This document shows, in pieces, positions 25,717 through 29,312 of a DNA stretch of 29,312 nucleotides (its first letter is position 1; each line of letters opens with the position of its first letter). The notes beneath the pieces were generated by a model. It ran no database searches and had not been told where the DNA came from. It saw only the letters and a list, made by a program, of their open reading frames with translations. Source of the DNA: an uncultured virus (IMG/VR IMGVR_UViG_3300046517_000932) (taxonomy: Duplodnaviria > Heunggongvirae > Uroviricota > Caudoviricetes); the IMG/VR virus record IMGVR_UViG_3300046517_000932; one strand, given 5' to 3'. A program made the position numbers and the translations under genes.

Positions 25717-26512
25717 ATGCGTTCGGGAGTAGGCACCCGATATGCCGTGAAAGCGGACGTGACGCGGTGGTTAGAGTCCACGCCGGAGACGTAACCGGCA
25801 CGATTGCGCTGAGGGTGAGCATCCGCTGCCGGAGCGGCCCGAAAGGGATATTCGGATGGGGATTAGCGAGCAGTGCCTCATGTGAAAAAACCATCGCAGC
25901 ACAGTATGGCTAAGACACCGGCCAGGACTGTTCGAGAAGCACGCGAGACTGGTGTAGATGGAGTCGCGAGCCGAAGGGCTTACGCATTGACGTCCGAAGG
26001 TGCCAGCGCGTGACTATCGTTAGCGGATTGACTGGCCCTAAGCAGTCGTTTTCAAAGCGCGTTCCTCGAGCGCTCTTTGCAAACCCAGCGCTACGGCGCA
26101 CACAAACCGGCCGCACCGATAGAGCGGACGCACGAGCCTCGTAACGTGCCGATTGACTGGCGTAATGCAGTCGCCAATCCGACGTCTCGACGTCTACGCA
26201 GATCAGGCAAACGCGGCCCTCTGCTTACGGTTGAATCAGCGTGACGGCCGCCAGAGCGCGGCACTCTCAAGCGTGACGATCGCATCCGGGACAGCATGGC
26301 GCCCCGGAGACTTGTCGAAGTCCGTTCCCCGGCGAGCGGTCGTCAGACTTGAGGGTGTAACCAACCTATCGTGGAATGCAGGTTCGTGTGAGGTGATAGG
26401 CGCACGAGGAAACCGGCGGATTGACGCCACGCCTGCCACTCTCAACCAGGTCTGTCGCAGTACCTCCCCGTAATGCGATTTCAGGGCGCCCTTCAACCGG
26501 CGCCCTTTTTTT
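25717..26512 (+). ncRNA. Candidate large (~790 nt) ornate non-coding RNA
   Basis: No credible ORF; promoter- and terminator-bounded; many hairpins (GAAA and UACG tetraloops, T-loop-like loop) and nested long-range helices. Confidence 0.7.
26483..26512 (+). terminator. Intrinsic terminator
   Basis: AGGGCGCC-CTTCAACC-GGCGCCCT-TTTTTT. Confidence 0.8.
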
Positions 26513-26514
26513 CG

Positions 26515-26949
26515 TCACGTTCGCTCAAGCACGAGAAGCCCGCTTTTCGTCACCCCGCAGCGCCGCCAGCCGGCCGCGATAAAGCAATATCCAGGGTTTG
26601 CTGACCGCACCCGGCGCGCGTCGACGAAGGTGTAATGCCGGCTATCAGGCCAGAGGCAATCAGCAATCGCGTCCGCCTGTCGAATGAGTGTCGAGCTGCG
26701 ATGCGCCGATTCGTTGCGGAAGACGGCGCAGTTGATGCCTTGCTGGCCGCTGTCATCGATGAATTTTCGCCAAGCAAAGCAGGCGTCGCCGGCGGCCGTT
26801 CTGAGCACGACCTTTTCCCCTGGTCCGACAAACAGTTTGCGCGTGCGGCCGTCGACGTACCGGCGCGCTGAGTAGTGTCGTTCATAGAGCTCGAGACAGT
26901 CCTTGTCGCCGTCCTTCGTCAGCCACCATAGAGGCGCCGCGTCGCTCAC
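26515..26949 (-). CDS. Possible Mom/GNAT-like DNA-modification protein
   Basis: RHYS, GINCAVFRNES and YTFVD...NPGYCFIAAGW; GTG 26949 coupled to the upstream stop, with RBS GAGGT. Confidence 0.55.
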   Translation of the reverse strand: MSDAAPLWWLTKDGDKDCLELYERHYSARRYVDGRTRKLFVGPGEKVVLRTAAGDACFAWRKFIDDSGQQGINCAVFRNESAHRSSTLIRQADAIADCLWPDSRHYTFVDARRVRSANPGYCFIAAGWRRCGVTKSGLLVLERT

Positions 26950-27143
26950 GCGATCACCTCGCGGATCCGCGCGCACACCGTCGCCGGCCCGTCTAGGATC
27001 AGATCCTGCACCTCCTCGCGCGACGCCGCGTCGAGATCGTTGAACGCCGCCGCTTCTTCTTCGCCGATGACGAGCGGCCCGTTCGTGCGCAGCTCGAGGA
27101 AGGGATTCACCGCGCCGATCAGCGCGTATCGATGGAACCGCAT
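26946..27143 (-). CDS. Small hypothetical protein
   Basis: RBS AAGGAG; late-promoter motif upstream. Confidence 0.65.
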   Translation of the reverse strand: MRFHRYALIGAVNPFLELRTNGPLVIGEEEAAAFNDLDAASREEVQDLILDGPATVCARIREVIA

Positions 27144-27172
27144 GGAGTCGTCTCCTTCATTGGGATGACTCC

Positions 27173-27188
27173 ATCATTGCGTCACGAT
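27173..27188 (-). promoter_or_regulatory. Putative late promoter
   Basis: ATCGTGAC-GC-AATGAT upstream of the gene starting at 27143. Confidence 0.5.
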
Positions 27189-27538
27189 TCCGCGCACGGT
27201 TCCCAAACCTTCACGCCCGCGTCGCGAGCTCGCGCCATCATGTCGGCCGTGCCGTCTCCACCAGGAAACGCCGTGACGCCATCCGGTTGCCAGTCGTCGA
27301 GCATGCGCGCGTTGCGCAGCGGCCCGGCGCGCTTGCCGTACTTCTTCCATTCGGCCGGCACGCCGAGATATGGCACCTGGCGCGCCTTCGCCCAGTCCTC
27401 CGCGTGCTTGTCGGCACCCGTCGGACAGGCGCCGTGAATCAGCAACCTGATCAGCCGCTTGGCGTGCGCGCGATCGAGCGCCGCATAGACGGCGCCGACG
27501 TCGCGGTAGTCGCGCCCGCCGCAGACGAGCAGCCTCAT
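27182..27538 (-). CDS. YspA/SLOG-family (DUF2493-like) protein
   Basis: MRLLVCGGRDY, IHGACPTGAD, AEWKKYGKRAGPLRNARM and FPGGDGTADM. Confidence 0.85.
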   Translation of the reverse strand: MRLLVCGGRDYRDVGAVYAALDRAHAKRLIRLLIHGACPTGADKHAEDWAKARQVPYLGVPAEWKKYGKRAGPLRNARMLDDWQPDGVTAFPGGDGTADMMARARDAGVKVWEPCAES

Positions 27539-28002
27539 CAGCGGTGCTTTTCCAGCAGGCGCTTGATCGCGCCGTCTTCGTCGTCAGCCAGGTAGCTGTG
27601 CGTGGACTCATCGATGTCATGCCAGCCAGGCAGGCCCATCGATTCGACGGAATTGAGCTTCTGGATTCGGTGCGTTTTCCCATTGGAAAGCGTCACAGCA
27701 GTGTGCGTGCCGTCCATCGGATCCTTAACGCGCTTCTTGCTCGCAACCGTGACGCCAGCGGGTTTCGCGTGCTCCGCGTCGTGCTCGAACAGATCGCCCG
27801 TCGACTTGACCGGATCCAGGCCCTTGAACGGAGACGGCGGAATCGGCTTTTTCGCCGGCGCCGGGAATAGGACCATCTGGTGATCGTTCAGAGGCGGCCG
27901 CGCGCGCTTCACGCGCTTGTCCGAGTGCGGTTTGACTACGACGCCATCCTTGCGCGTGTAGCCCTGCACCATCGACTTGAGGAGGAGGAATAGTGGTTTC
28001 AT
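27538..28002 (-). CDS. Hypothetical late protein with LLLKS...GYTRKDG N-terminal motif
   Basis: 154-aa ORF; its N-terminus resembles that of the giant protein. Confidence 0.75.
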   Translation of the reverse strand: MKPLFLLLKSMVQGYTRKDGVVVKPHSDKRVKRARPPLNDHQMVLFPAPAKKPIPPSPFKGLDPVKSTGDLFEHDAEHAKPAGVTVASKKRVKDPMDGTHTAVTLSNGKTHRIQKLNSVESMGLPGWHDIDESTHSYLADDEDGAIKRLLEKHR

Positions 28003-28008
28003 GCCACC

Positions 28009-28024
28009 ATTCTGCGATCACGAC
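28009..28024 (-). promoter_or_regulatory. Putative late promoter (leaderless mRNA)
   Basis: GTCGTGAT-CG-CAGAAT, 6 nt, then ATG 28002. Confidence 0.6.
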
Positions 28025-28138
28025 GCGCGCGGGAAAATGGCAGCGAACAGACACAAAGTGTGTTGGCGGTTTGCCGCAAACCCACGCCCAGCATAACGGC
28101 GCCGTACTGGCCGCCGAGCTCCGGGCGCAGGTCGGGCG

Positions 28139-29311
28139 CTAGTAAGCCTTCTCGATGAACAAAATACAGCCTGGCGATGCCGGCCGCGTGATGATGCCGC
28201 GTTCCTCGCAGTTGCCCGTATCCGGATCGAATGACACACAGCGGCCGCAGCGCTCGCCAGGCGGAATGTGCTCGAAGATCTGCGCGACGGCCGGCGGCAT
28301 ACCGACCTGCTTCGCCACCTCGACGAGATCCTTTTTCGGGTTGACGTCCGGCATGATGAACGTGCTCGTCCCGTGCGCGCGCGACCAGGCAACGTCGCAA
28401 AGCATGTTGGCGTAGGAAAAGTGAGGGTCGATGCCGACCTTCTTGACCGATCGCCGATACGCGTTCGTCTCCTCGTCTTTCTCCGCGACGAGCGCCGTCT
28501 TTGTGAAGTGGTGGAACGCGCGCGGCAGCACGGCGGCCGTCTTCATCACGCCCTTGTCCATCACCTCCTGAATCAGCCCTTGCGGATCCGGAAACAGGCA
28601 CGTCGCCGACGTGATTCGCGCCATCGAAACCTGCATGCACTTGTACTGGTCCATGCGCAGCGTATAGCGATCGCGCGCCTCCTCGTCGGTGCGCCGCTCT
28701 GACACGTCGAGCTTTGGCGCGTCGCCCCACTGAATCATCCCCTCCTTGACCGTGCCGAAGCTATCGCAGATGAACACCCGGCCAGGATGCCGCGCGGCGA
28801 ACTTCTTCGCGTCGTTGTAGTTCGGGTTGATTTCGACCACGCACACCGCGACGCCGTACAGATCCATGAGCTCGGACGAGCGCGCGAACGGATCAGCGTC
28901 GTAAGTCTCCTCGACGTGAATCGTCGCCTGGCGCCCGTCGGGCAATCGCTCTTTGATCACGTGCACGTTGAAATTGCCCATCTGGTCAATTCCCATGTAC
29001 GTATCGCGCGCGCGAGACTTCCAGACGATCGGCGGATTCGCCAGCTTGCCGGCCTCGACGCAGGCCGCGCAGTGCTCGAGCGTCACCGGCACCTGCGACG
29101 GATCGAGGTACGGCTTGCCGAGCTTCCGGTTAAAGAAGTTTTTCATGTCCGTCGCCGATGTGAACGCGTCCATGATTTCGCCGGCCGCGATCGTCGGAGA
29201 CAGGAACTGGGGGAAGTGAATCGAGCGGATCCGCAGCGGCCGCTCTTTCTTCTCGACGCTGTAGTCGATCGGCTTGTCCGCCGCTGGGTTATCCGCGATC
29301 CACTCGCCGAC
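28139..29311 (-). CDS. Terminase large subunit (GpA-like), C-terminal part; 5' end outside the window
   Basis: Frame is open to the window edge (VGEWIADNP...FFNRKLGKPY); RNase H-like nuclease motifs MGIDQMG, VVEINP and DPHFSYA. Confidence 0.8.
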   Translation of the reverse strand, partial: VGEWIADNPAADKPIDYSVEKKERPLRIRSIHFPQFLSPTIAAGEIMDAFTSATDMKNFFNRKLGKPYLDPSQVPVTLEHCAACVEAGKLANPPIVWKSRARDTYMGIDQMGNFNVHVIKERLPDGRQATIHVEETYDADPFARSSELMDLYGVAVCVVEINPNYNDAKKFAARHPGRVFICDSFGTVKEGMIQWGDAPKLDVSERRTDEEARDRYTLRMDQYKCMQVSMARITSATCLFPDPQGLIQEVMDKGVMKTAAVLPRAFHHFTKTALVAEKDEETNAYRRSVKKVGIDPHFSYANMLCDVAWSRAHGTSTFIMPDVNPKKDLVEVAKQVGMPPAVAQIFEHIPPGERCGRCVSFDPDTGNCEERGIITRPASPGCILFIEKAY

Positions 29312-29312
29312 C

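Noticed and set aside
25720..25800. Possible tRNA (T-loop-like GGTTAGAGTCC)
   Set aside because: No acceptor stem, D-arm or anticodon arm in cloverleaf geometry and no CCA; treated as a T-loop-like motif in the larger RNA.
25668..26496. Short ORFs (68-106 aa) across the large gap
   Set aside because: No convincing RBS, atypical codon usage and mutually overlapping frames; the pairing pattern favours an RNA.
27999..28730. 243-aa alternative-frame ORF overlapping the terminase
   Set aside because: Low-complexity Arg/Gly/Ala product in an alternate frame of a well-supported gene.

Overview
GC-rich segment of what looks like a temperate phage-plasmid, probably of a betaproteobacterial (Burkholderiales-like) host; the host is inferred. 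Minus-strand late/virion genes lie at both ends. On the left are a giant >1890-aa polyvalent protein missed by the ORF track (N6-adenine MTase, DarA-C-like and LPD-like segments), an InPase-domain protein, a head-morphogenesis protein and the portal. On the right are a GpA-like terminase large subunit, a 'GYTRKDG' protein, a SLOG/YspA protein and a Mom/GNAT-like protein. Between them, mostly on the + strand, are about 25 small early phage genes, a parA + RHH partition pair, an iteron origin with a TrfA-like Rep, a minimal ATP-dependent ligase and a HicAB-like pair. The most notable non-coding signals are: (i) a ~790-nt, promoter- and terminator-bounded, heavily base-paired region (25717-26512), a candidate large ornate ncRNA; (ii) a second ~340-nt structured transcript (10501-10841); (iii) an 18-bp palindromic operator repeated 7 times, which overlaps the promoters of both RNAs; (iv) a putative late-promoter motif (RTCGTGAY-N2-[-10]) in 7 copies, three predicting leaderless mRNAs and two firing into ORF-less regions. 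All family calls come from motif recognition by eye, not from database searches.
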